Notes: a model not told the origin generated them from the letters alone. DNA of 32,000 nt from Tannockella kyphosi (GCF_021054785.1 NZ_CP088239.1:1080001-1112000); one strand, 5' to 3'. Positions 17,731 through 26,139 are shown, counted from the stretch's first letter. Numbers and translations: made by a program.

Positions 17731-18888
17731 TTACACCTTTATAGCATTTTCAGCAATGACACTATATAGAAAAGATTTCTTTTCATCATTATTAGCTGAA
17801 TTCTTCATTTTTTCATAAACTCTAGGATTTTCAATAAGTTCTTCTATTGCATTTTGTACTTCACCCATGCTGTCTTCCATTAAAAATTTTACATTTCCTC
17901 CAATATCAATATGTGTGGTTCCGTCCCAATATTTACAAAGCATAGGTACTCCTTGAGCAACTACCTGTTCCCAAAAAACAGAATGTCTCCCAGGAAACAC
18001 TACCAAATTTGCACTAGCAAAAAAATTATAAGAATCACTTGATTCTACCCACCCAATATACTGGACAATTACTTCATCACAAAGTTTAGAAACGGAAGCC
18101 TTCAATTCTTCAGAGACAGATCCAAATACTATCAATTTAACATTAGGATTTTTTATGTTTTTGACAGCTTCCATTAAATATAAAGTTTGCATTTTCCACT
18201 GATCTATTTTTCCACCCGTAACAATTAAAAAATCATCATCCCTTATACCGTATTTAGATCTTATTTTTCTATTAATCTCTGGATTTGATGAAGATTCAAT
18301 CAAATCATCATCCCCACCCATCACTAATAACTCACACTTATTTTTAGGTAATCCATATACATTAACCAAAAAATCAACTCTTGCCGGCAATACCCCAAAA
18401 AATTTAATTGCATATGGATTGATCATTTTCGCTGTTGTTCTCCAAATTATTTTGTGGAGAATATTTTTAGATAAGAAATTAGTTGCACTGTTTGAAAAAT
18501 CAGAATGATTATCTACGAATACTTTAACCTTTGGATTTAGTTTTAGATATTTGACAATTACATTCATATCACCAATGCTACATCCATGAATAAATAAAAT
18601 ATTAGCATTCTCATTAATAAGAGTAGTATAAAGATTTTTGTATCGTTTTATTTTTTTATTAAAATCATCTCTACCAAACAATTGAATTCTTATCATTTTT
18701 ACGCCATCTTTATTAAAGTAAGTTGTATCATTATTTTTTGTGAGTTTTCCGTTTGAACCCCAGACCCACTGGGATGTTATTATTGTCACTTCATGACCTG
18801 ATTTTCTGTGATATTTAGTTAGTAAGTTATCCTGATAATTCCACCCATCTGTTACTGGTCCACAAAGCATTACATGTACTATTTTCAT
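17731..18888 (-). CDS. GT4-family glycosyltransferase
   Basis: 385 aa, two-Rossmann GT-B architecture. The N-terminus MKIVHVMLCGPVTDGWNYQ.. and C-terminal half ..LIVFGSV..ANLVVFPGRHSVFWEQVVAQGVPML.. are typical of GT4. RBS AGGAGA. Confidence 0.8.
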   Translation of the reverse strand: MKIVHVMLCGPVTDGWNYQDNLLTKYHRKSGHEVTIITSQWVWGSNGKLTKNNDTTYFNKDGVKMIRIQLFGRDDFNKKIKRYKNLYTTLINENANILFIHGCSIGDMNVIVKYLKLNPKVKVFVDNHSDFSNSATNFLSKNILHKIIWRTTAKMINPYAIKFFGVLPARVDFLVNVYGLPKNKCELLVMGGDDDLIESSSNPEINRKIRSKYGIRDDDFLIVTGGKIDQWKMQTLYLMEAVKNIKNPNVKLIVFGSVSEELKASVSKLCDEVIVQYIGWVESSDSYNFFASANLVVFPGRHSVFWEQVVAQGVPMLCKYWDGTTHIDIGGNVKFLMEDSMGEVQNAIEELIENPRVYEKMKNSANNDEKKSFLYSVIAENAIKV

Positions 18889-18892
18889 TTTA

Positions 18893-20035
18893 TTATTCTC
18901 CTATCGAAAAAATCACTCTATATCCTGTGTTTATTACTTTTTCATTACTATTTGCAATGGCGTATTCAACAACCTTATTAGCTACTCTATTATATTCTTC
19001 TTGCTTCATATCCGCATAATAGTCTACAGACTTTGCAAAATTTATTATATCCTCTACCGGATATACGAACCCCACTTGATGTGCTTCTAGGTTTTGCCAA
19101 GGTGTTTGATCACTTAAAATACAGGCGCATCCAGCAGAAAATGCTTCTTGAATAACATGTCCATAATTTTCTCCTAATGTAGGAAATAAAAATATATGAA
19201 AATTCGATAATGTTTTAACTACTTCTTCAGAATTAACGTTACCTTTATACTCATACGAAATATTAACAGGCAACTTATCAAGTTCTTTCAAACATTTATC
19301 CCAATATTCTGGAGTATGAATCGGTCCATAAATAGTAAAATGCACCTCGCTCTTAACATATTTTAATACTTCTATTGCTTGTAATAAGTTTTTTTTTGCT
19401 GTAATTCTTGAAATCCAAACAATATCAATAACACCTTTGACCTTGTTTTTTTGAACAATCACTTTATCAACAACCCTTGGTAAATCTTCTGCTATATAAA
19501 AGTTACTATTTATTACACTTATTTGTTTTTTTACTTCATCCATTTCAATCTCTGATGTAACAGACCAGTAAATGTTTTTAAACATACCCATTAAATTAAA
19601 TAATGTTGTAAACAATTTCTTTTTCTTGTATTTCAATCTAAATTCCATAGGTGAGAAAAGTCCCATGCTTGCAACAACTACAGGTTTCTTTATGATATTA
19701 AATCTCTTAAGAATTAAAGTATTGATAGCATAATCGTTAAAACATCCACATACATACACCATATCCGCTTTGTTAGACAATTTTCTTATGACAGAAAATG
19801 TAAAACATTTAGGTGAAACATAGTAAACACTAGCATTTCCTACCTGATTAAAATCATTTACTTTAATATTTTGATAAGAATGATCATCTCCATGATCTCT
19901 ATCACATGTTAGTATTTGGAAATCATACTCATCTCCAAGATAGTCAACAAGATTTTTAATAGATCGAACAGGTCCACCGTCTTTATATCCAGGTAGATAT
20001 CTTCCCATAATAATTAATATCTTTCTTTTTTTCAT
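18893..20035 (-). CDS. GT4-family glycosyltransferase
   Basis: 380 aa. KILIIMGRYLPGYKDGGPVRSIKNLVDYLGDEYDFQILTCDRDHG is a widespread GT4 N-terminal pattern in O-antigen and capsule loci. C-terminal ..FLFPTLGENYGHVIQEAFSAGCACILSD.. carries the E-x7-E-like motif. Confidence 0.85.
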   Translation of the reverse strand: MKKRKILIIMGRYLPGYKDGGPVRSIKNLVDYLGDEYDFQILTCDRDHGDDHSYQNIKVNDFNQVGNASVYYVSPKCFTFSVIRKLSNKADMVYVCGCFNDYAINTLILKRFNIIKKPVVVASMGLFSPMEFRLKYKKKKLFTTLFNLMGMFKNIYWSVTSEIEMDEVKKQISVINSNFYIAEDLPRVVDKVIVQKNKVKGVIDIVWISRITAKKNLLQAIEVLKYVKSEVHFTIYGPIHTPEYWDKCLKELDKLPVNISYEYKGNVNSEEVVKTLSNFHIFLFPTLGENYGHVIQEAFSAGCACILSDQTPWQNLEAHQVGFVYPVEDIINFAKSVDYYADMKQEEYNRVANKVVEYAIANSNEKVINTGYRVIFSIGE

Positions 20036-20047
20036 AAGATTATTCCT

Positions 20048-20953
20048 CTATGCTTTCAAATCACTTTGATTTTCCATCTTAATTCCTTTAACTTCGCATT
20101 CATACATCTTAGCGTCTACTAAAAAACGATACCAATACGCCTGTAAGAAATGAAATATCCTACCCTCAGGTCCATCTAAGAAACCAAGTCTAATATAATA
20201 TCTATAAATAAAATAGAAGTGAGCTCTATAAAATTTAGGTAATCCATAATATCCACCATTTTTTACAATGCGTTTTATTTTAGCTTGTAATGATGACTTT
20301 GCACCTTCTTCTAGAGATTTATCCATTTTTGATTCCAAAGTTAATTGATGATCAAGTACTTCTCTATTACTATACCAATTATGTTTGTTCGTCCACCATT
20401 CAAGATTCTTTTGATTATTATCAATTAAATCTTTATCAAACTCCATAATATTTCCATGATGTAAAATCATGTGTTCATCCATTACTTTCAATTCACATGT
20501 AGCTTGTCCTGTCTTAAATATTCTAAGTAATTTTTCAGGATATCTTCCACCATGTTTAATCCATTTACCCATGAAGTAGACTCTTCTTCTTAGGATTACA
20601 CCACTAATACTTTCATCTAGAGTAGATATTTTTTTTTGTATTTCATCAGCTAATTCTGCCATGATTTCTTCATCAGCATCCATACGCATAGACCATTTCG
20701 TAGTGATGTTTGTATTTTCTAATCCCCAATTAAACTGATTAGCATGGTTTACAAACTTATTTTGATAGAAATCTAGGCAACTGCCTATTTCATGTAATTC
20801 ATCATTTAATTCCTTACACAGTTTTTCAGTTCCATCATCACTGAAACTATCCACTATGACAAATCTTTTTACTGTACCTCTAAATGATTCAATACATTTC
20901 CTAAGATTCTTTTCTTCATTTTTTGTAAGAATAATAACCGTTAAATCAACCAT
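20048..20953 (-). CDS. GT2-family glycosyltransferase
   Basis: 301 aa. N-terminal LTVIILTKNEEKNLRKCIESF..VIVDSFSDDGT and a DxD-like RMDADEE motif. The start ATG shares one base with the stop of the upstream acetyltransferase (TAATG at 20951-20955). Confidence 0.85.
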   Translation of the reverse strand: MVDLTVIILTKNEEKNLRKCIESFRGTVKRFVIVDSFSDDGTEKLCKELNDELHEIGSCLDFYQNKFVNHANQFNWGLENTNITTKWSMRMDADEEIMAELADEIQKKISTLDESISGVILRRRVYFMGKWIKHGGRYPEKLLRIFKTGQATCELKVMDEHMILHHGNIMEFDKDLIDNNQKNLEWWTNKHNWYSNREVLDHQLTLESKMDKSLEEGAKSSLQAKIKRIVKNGGYYGLPKFYRAHFYFIYRYYIRLGFLDGPEGRIFHFLQAYWYRFLVDAKMYECEVKGIKMENQSDLKA

Positions 20954-21516
20954 TACATGCTTCCCTCCAAAATTTTAACTATTCTTCCTGGATTACCTGC
21001 TATTACACAGTTATCTCCATACCTTCCTGTTACTACAGATCCTGCCCCTACTACACAACCATCACCTAAGACAGTTCCTTTTAATATAATAGAGTTGCAT
21101 CCTATAAAACAATTCTTTCCTATAACTACTTCTCTAGTACCTATTTTATCTTTATCATCATTATTACGTGCTTCTACTTCAATAGGATGAAAATCATTAT
21201 CTAAGATTTTTACATTTCCACCGATAAGAGTATTATCACCTATTGTTATTGATTTTCTAGCATATATAGTAGCGCCAGATATCCCTACATTATTTCCTAT
21301 AAGTATTTTTGATTCAGGAGTTCTTGTAACAATGATTGTTCTAGAATATAAACCTATTAGATTAGATAAGAAACTACTTTTAATAGTTACATTATCTCCT
21401 ATATTCAAAGAAGCTCCTTTTTTATTAAACATAACAGGGGTTCCTTTTAATAAAAGAGATTTTCCATATTTAATATTGTTTGATTTTAAAAACAACTTAA
21501 ACCAATTACTATTCAT
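20953..21516 (-). CDS. Hexapeptide-repeat O-acetyltransferase (paralog of 11273..11824)
   Basis: 187 aa. IGDNVTI, IGNNVGISGATI, IGDNTLIGGNVKILDNDFH, IGKNCFIGCNSIILKGTVLGDGCVVGAGSVV, IAGNPGR. RBS AGGAGA. Confidence 0.85.
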   Translation of the reverse strand: MNSNWFKLFLKSNNIKYGKSLLLKGTPVMFNKKGASLNIGDNVTIKSSFLSNLIGLYSRTIIVTRTPESKILIGNNVGISGATIYARKSITIGDNTLIGGNVKILDNDFHPIEVEARNNDDKDKIGTREVVIGKNCFIGCNSIILKGTVLGDGCVVGAGSVVTGRYGDNCVIAGNPGRIVKILEGSM

Positions 21517-21525
21517 AGCATTCTC

Positions 21526-22782
21526 CTAACAATCTAATATTTCATCTTTATATTTTTCAATAGAAATATCTTTAGTAAGATATTTTTCTAGATATGTTCT
21601 ACCTCTCATACCCATAACTTTATTATCAATTTGTTTTATAAAGAAATTGATATTTTCTAATATAGCGTTATAATCACCTGGTTCACAACATATACCAGAA
21701 TTAGTTTCCTCTATTAATAATCTACATTCAGATCCCTTTTCTAAAACACCTAAAATAGGTTTTCCAGCAGCCATTACTCCATAACACTTAGAAGGACACG
21801 ATACTCCTTTTATCCCCTTTGCATTAACTACCCAATGTACATCAGCAGCATTTAGACTATATACTAAATCTTTTTTATCTTGATATGGAATAAACATTAC
21901 GTTTGTAAGATTGTTTTCTTCTTTATAAGCAACTAGATTATCTAATATAGAACCTGCACCTACAAATACAAATACTACTTCTTTTCCATCTACTGATTTA
22001 GTATCTGGTTTTATTTCTTTTATTACTTTTATAATGTTCTCTAAATCATAATAAAGCCCTATATTGCCTGAATACATAATGATGAATTTATCTAACAAAT
22101 CATATTTCTCTTTAAACTCAATTATTTTTTTATGATTTTCATCTACAGGATAGACTTGTGTTTCATCAGTCCAATTGTTTATCATTGCACTTTTAGGAAC
22201 TTGTTTCCCTATAAATCTTTTTTCAAGAGTTTGAATTAAATCTCTTCCAACTGTAATAACTAAATCACTATTTTGACAACTAAACTTATCTAAAAAAAGC
22301 ATTAAGTTTAAAATAATCATATTCTTACTATAACCAACAGCCATCACTTGCTCTGGATTATAATCTTGAATGTTGTATATAAACTTTGCCTTCTTTACTA
22401 ATTTTCCCCATATCCCTAATAAACCTCCTAAGATAGGTGGTTGAGAAATAGAAAATACATAATCCTGATTACCCACTTTAAAAGTAGCAATCATAGCACC
22501 TATAAAATAAGATAAAATATTCTTTATTCTGCTTATTTTATTTGCTTTAGTAAATTCTGGAACACGTATACGTACAACATTAACACCATCCAATGATTCA
22601 TAATAAAACTTTTTACTTTTATATTTATCTTCCACTGTTCCTAAATAACTAGGTACAACACAAATAATAGTTATATCAAAACTATCTAACATACCTTCAG
22701 CTAATTCACGTAAAATTTGTCCTGTTGATGCTGCGTCAGGGACATAGTAGTGTGCATATACCAACATTTTTTTCTTATCCAC
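21526..22782 (-). CDS. GT4-family glycosyltransferase, WcaI-like
   Basis: 418 aa. The N-terminus ..MLVYAHYYVPDAASTGQILRELAEGM.. is the WcaI-type pattern. Apparent GTG start at 22782-22780 with AGAGGA 7 nt upstream. First gene of the tightly packed run 22782 to 15452. Confidence 0.8.
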   Translation of the reverse strand: MDKKKMLVYAHYYVPDAASTGQILRELAEGMLDSFDITIICVVPSYLGTVEDKYKSKKFYYESLDGVNVVRIRVPEFTKANKISRIKNILSYFIGAMIATFKVGNQDYVFSISQPPILGGLLGIWGKLVKKAKFIYNIQDYNPEQVMAVGYSKNMIILNLMLFLDKFSCQNSDLVITVGRDLIQTLEKRFIGKQVPKSAMINNWTDETQVYPVDENHKKIIEFKEKYDLLDKFIIMYSGNIGLYYDLENIIKVIKEIKPDTKSVDGKEVVFVFVGAGSILDNLVAYKEENNLTNVMFIPYQDKKDLVYSLNAADVHWVVNAKGIKGVSCPSKCYGVMAAGKPILGVLEKGSECRLLIEETNSGICCEPGDYNAILENINFFIKQIDNKVMGMRGRTYLEKYLTKDISIEKYKDEILDC

Positions 22783-22922
22783 TTATTTTTCCTCTTTTCA
22801 ATTTTCTATAAATTAAAAGTATTTTATAAGAATACCATTCTTAAAGAAGGACTTTTCTTTACCGTTTATCCCACTAGGATTAAATATAAATTCCTCTGGT
22901 ATAACTAGAAGTGATTATACGT

Positions 22923-22944
22923 GTTTGCTTGTTTGCTTGTTTGA
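22923..22944. repeat. Short tandem repeat, 8-bp unit GTTTGCTT x about 2.75
   Basis: gtttgctt gtttgctt gtttga. Noncoding, about 140 bp upstream of the WcaI-like gene start and adjacent to a minus-strand TATAAT (22919-22914). Confidence 0.6.
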
Positions 22945-23718
22945 ATGCAACGATTTTAACGTATCTAATCATATTTTCCTATATAATCAGTAGGATATTA
23001 AAACATTATAAAAAAATTGATGAATGCCCTAACATTAAACCTTTTTATTGGTGAATTAAAATATTTCAGTGCTAAATTAACCTTAAAACTGTTGCGTGTC
23101 TAAATAGTATAGGCTTTTAGCTTTTTTATATTTATACTATTCTTCATAAAATATTTTATTAAAAACTACATTTTTTTAGTATGTACTTTTTATTGATATG
23201 TTATTACTTTGTGGTTAATAACATATATACTGAAAAAAATCATCCAAAGAGTGTTTAATCTTAATGAATAAATATACTTATATTCTATCTGTTAATTCTA
23301 ATACTTGTTTATTTGCTTGTTGTATTCTTTTTTAGACTATTGATTTCATCAAATTCAACAAAACATTTCTAATTATTTCCTTTTTCAAATTGTGTGACAT
23401 ATAAAACACTATTTTTCAAGGAAAAATTTAATATATAAATTCTTATCAATTGTAAATTGCTGTTCAGCAATATTTAAAAAAATTAACAATACATTACTTG
23501 AAATTGAAAACAAGTATTATATTTAATTTATCTTCTCGATAAATTTTCTGTTTTTCTCTAAACCATCCAGTACCTATAATCTCTATTGTTTAATATTGAT
23601 GTAATGTGTAGCCATAAAATTCATATAGATTTGACATCAAATGTTTTAAAGGTATACATTTAATGAAGCATAGAGTATATACAGCAAATAATTAACAAAT
23701 TTATATAGTGGAAATATA

Positions 23719-23737
23719 CGCATTTTGTTTAAATGCG
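23719..23737 (-). terminator. Weak hairpin terminator after the GT2 gene
   Basis: CGCATTT (23719-23725) pairs with AAATGCG (23731-23737). It lies about 47 nt downstream of the stop at 23784 and is followed on the minus strand by TATATTT. Confidence 0.35.
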
Positions 23738-23783
23738 AAACAATAATTTTCCATTGCTAATTTTTAATATATTTTTACAATAG

Positions 23784-24812
23784 TTACTTATAACACAACG
23801 TTTTTATTTGCTTTGCTATAAAAAAAATAAAATCTAATAAGTATGGATTTTTCAATTTAAAACAAATCCTTCTAATGACTGTTTGCATACCTTTTCCATC
23901 TAATGAAATCATTTCTAATCGATCGATATCATTATCCATATATTTTTTAATCACACTTACTCTTTTTCTAAACGTTAGTTTACTTTGTTTTGCATATAGG
24001 TTTTGTATTACCATTGTTATAATCAATGTGTTTTTTGTACCTTTCAGGATATATTCAGGATATCTTTTTGATAATAGTTCGCTCTGTTTCCATATCCTAC
24101 CGTAAACATACTCCAAATTATCATAATACTTATTCGATAATGATTGATTATTTTCTCGGACATAAAAGTAAAAACATTTTGAAGATGTTATTAACTCTTT
24201 ATTTATATGACAAATATATTCTTTGACAAAAATAGAATCTTCCCCCATCGAAGCATTTTCATCAAACCTAATAGGAGATATATCTAATATTGATTTTCTA
24301 TATACCTTAGCATACATATATGCCATGTTAATATTATTTAGAGTTTTTCCAATCTCTAAACCTGATGATTTTGTATCTGCATACCTCTCTTCAAAAAGCA
24401 CTTTAGAATCCATGGTTACTACCCTTTTGCCATACACTACCATATCGACTTGATCAGTCATATTATTTACGATATCTTCTGCCATCAAAACAGATACATA
24501 GTCATCACTATCTACAAACGTTATCAACTCTCCATTTGCCAATGTAATACCCTCATTTCTTGCCTTTGAAACGCCTTGATTGACATTTTTATGAATTACT
24601 CTTACTCTTTTATCCTTTTCTGCATATTGATCACAAATAGCAGCACTCTTATCTGAAGAACAGTCATTAACCAGAATAATTTCAATTTCACGATAAGATT
24701 GATTAATTAAACTTTCAATACATCTTGATAAATATTTTTCGGCATTGTAAACAGGAACTATAAAGCTTACAACACCCTTTCCACAATATTTTCCTATCTT
24801 AATTTTATCCAT
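23784..24812 (-). CDS. GT2-family glycosyltransferase
   Basis: 342 aa. VSFIVPVYNAEKYLSRCIESLINQSYREIEIILVNDCSSDKS and DSDD (FVDSDDY) are classic GT2 motifs. RBS AAGGAG 8 nt upstream of the ATG. Confidence 0.9.
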   Translation of the reverse strand: MDKIKIGKYCGKGVVSFIVPVYNAEKYLSRCIESLINQSYREIEIILVNDCSSDKSAAICDQYAEKDKRVRVIHKNVNQGVSKARNEGITLANGELITFVDSDDYVSVLMAEDIVNNMTDQVDMVVYGKRVVTMDSKVLFEERYADTKSSGLEIGKTLNNINMAYMYAKVYRKSILDISPIRFDENASMGEDSIFVKEYICHINKELITSSKCFYFYVRENNQSLSNKYYDNLEYVYGRIWKQSELLSKRYPEYILKGTKNTLIITMVIQNLYAKQSKLTFRKRVSVIKKYMDNDIDRLEMISLDGKGMQTVIRRICFKLKNPYLLDFIFFIAKQIKTLCYK

Positions 24813-25149
24813 CGTTTATTCTCCTTCTTTACTTTTATTTATGAAGTAATTTAGTTGTTTTTTGAAAATTGTTAGATAATCTGTAACTATATAATTAAAA
24901 AAAGTATCCCCTTATAAACTTACTCTGGCAATTAACAATTCTTTAAATCAGTTGATTTTATAATTATAATACCTATGGTAATACAGATAGTGTTAAAATC
25001 AGTAAAATTCATATAAACTCATCCGACTTGTTTATTTTACATGAACAGTGGAAAAGCCACTATCTATACCCTCACTTATTAATCATTTTATCTTTATAGT
25101 AAAATGACGAGAACGCTGAGTTATACTAAAATTGCACCAAAAGTAGAAA

Positions 25150-25290
25150 CAAATCACTACGAGAGGTCCATCATGTTTTGACAAATACACATTTATCATC
25201 CGTGACAATAACTGTCCTGTCTTTTATTCATCAAAAAACCAAATGATAATTTTTAATAATGACTAAACCTTTTATTATGTAAAAATCTTA
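25150..25290 (-). pseudogene. Remnant of the ABC-exporter gene (copy of about 2110-2250)
   Basis: 25201-25288 aligns with 2162-2250, with most positions identical. Examples: cgtgaca-taactgtcctgt and aaaaaccaaatgataattttt, a 21-nt identical run, then ataatgactaaac. No open frame is retained. Confidence 0.75.
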
Positions 25291-25312
25291 TATATAAAAT
25301 ATATAAACTGAT

Positions 25313-25487
25313 TTTTCCCTTTTTTAATAAATTCTAATTAGTCTTCCTATACCAAAAATATTAAACGCCTTCTAATCCATAGTGTGCATATACCAACATT
25401 TTTTTCTTATCCACTTATTTTCCCCTTTTCTAATAAATTCTAATTAGTCTTCCTATACCAAAAATGTTAATTGCTTTCTAATCCATA
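25313..25487. repeat. Tandem scar: two ~70-bp direct repeats flanking a copy of the 5' end of the WcaI-like GT4 gene
   Basis: R1 (25313-25381) and R2 (25418-25487) share a 35-nt identical core (25325-25359 = 25431-25465). Between them, 25382-25421 is a 40-nt exact copy of 22750-22789, which covers part of the RBS spacer, the GTG start and the first ~10 codons of the gene at 21526..22782. Confidence 0.8.
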
Positions 25488-25918
25488 CTATTCCTATATG
25501 AATTAAGTATTTTACAATTAGGGAGATTATAAAGCTTTATTAGTACTATTGCAATCTTTTTTACCCAATTAAATCAGTTTTCTATTAGAATTTGTTACAA
25601 ACTTTCATTAGAATTATAAAAATATATAAAAAAACCATATATAATATGGAATTATTAGCATTTTAATTTTTCATGCATCAATAAAAAGAATTTATATAAA
25701 CTTAAACAAACACATGTAGGCAATGCCTACAATAAGTAAGAGTAAAAAACAGTTATATATAAAATAAGTAGATATATTAGGGATGATTTAAGATTTATCA
25801 AATTAAGTCTTGTTATGAAGACTTCTTTGCAAGAAATATAGAATAGAATCTTTACATAAGGATAAAATACGAACTAGTAAAATACTATTTTGTTAAAAGT
25901 CTACTTTTTAATTCATTA

Positions 25919-26062
25919 GAGACATCACAGTTATATATCCTATAACAGGTGGGTATAATAAAGTGATAGAACTTGCTAATAAAGAATGATCTATCTTGAC
26001 TAAACAGTTATAAATATGTTTGATACTACGAACAAAACTTTTTATATCTATCAACGCCCCTC
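25919..26062 (-). pseudogene. Remnant of the ABC-exporter gene 5' end and RBS (copy of about 2383-2537)
   Basis: By-eye alignment, including a 25-nt identical run (2418-2442 = 25954-25978) and a conserved RBS region (cccctc). The start codon and frame are destroyed. Confidence 0.75.
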
Positions 26063-26090
26063 TTTTTTATAGAATATAGCCCTAGAATTG

Positions 26091-26139
26091 TTAAGATACT
26101 GTTAACAATATTTACATTTTCTTAACATTAATTTAATAT
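26091..26139 (+). promoter_or_regulatory. Candidate Pho-box-type promoter of the Na/Pi cotransporter gene
   Basis: Four direct TT(A/T)A(C/G)A hexamers: TTAAGA 26091, TTAACA 26102, TTTACA 26111, TTAACA 26122, with 5-, 3- and 5-nt spacers. They are followed by -10 TAATAT (26134-26139), RBS GGAAGGTGA and the ATG at 26163. Confidence 0.35.

Noticed and set aside
22783-23783. Invertible-promoter (phase-variation shufflon) hypothesis for the 1-kb spacer upstream of the transferase operon
   Set aside because: I found no pair of inverted repeats flanking the region. No serine or tyrosine recombinase gene is present anywhere in the window.
25313-25487. Possible CRISPR array or other spaced-repeat system in the 24.8-26.2 kb ORF-free region
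   Set aside because: There are only two repeat copies of about 70 bp. The sequence between them is an exact copy of a gene start elsewhere in the window, and there are no cas genes. This is a duplication scar, not an array.
25635-25824. Isolated hairpins in the junk region: CCATAT-ATA-ATATGG at 25635-25649, GTAGGCA-A-TGCCTAC at 25716-25730 and AAGTCTT-N6-AAGACTT at 25805-25824, as possible ncRNA or terminators
   Set aside because: No adjacent transcription unit, promoter or U-tract could be assigned, and short palindromes are common in AT-rich decayed sequence. They are noted here but not called as features.
2538-25918. Calling the glycan locus a mobile genetic element or genomic island with defined ends
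   Set aside because: Direct repeats derived from the ABC gene bracket it. However, there is no integrase, transposase, tRNA attachment site, terminal inverted repeat or conjugation or phage gene. Mobility therefore cannot be supported, only recombinational mosaicism.
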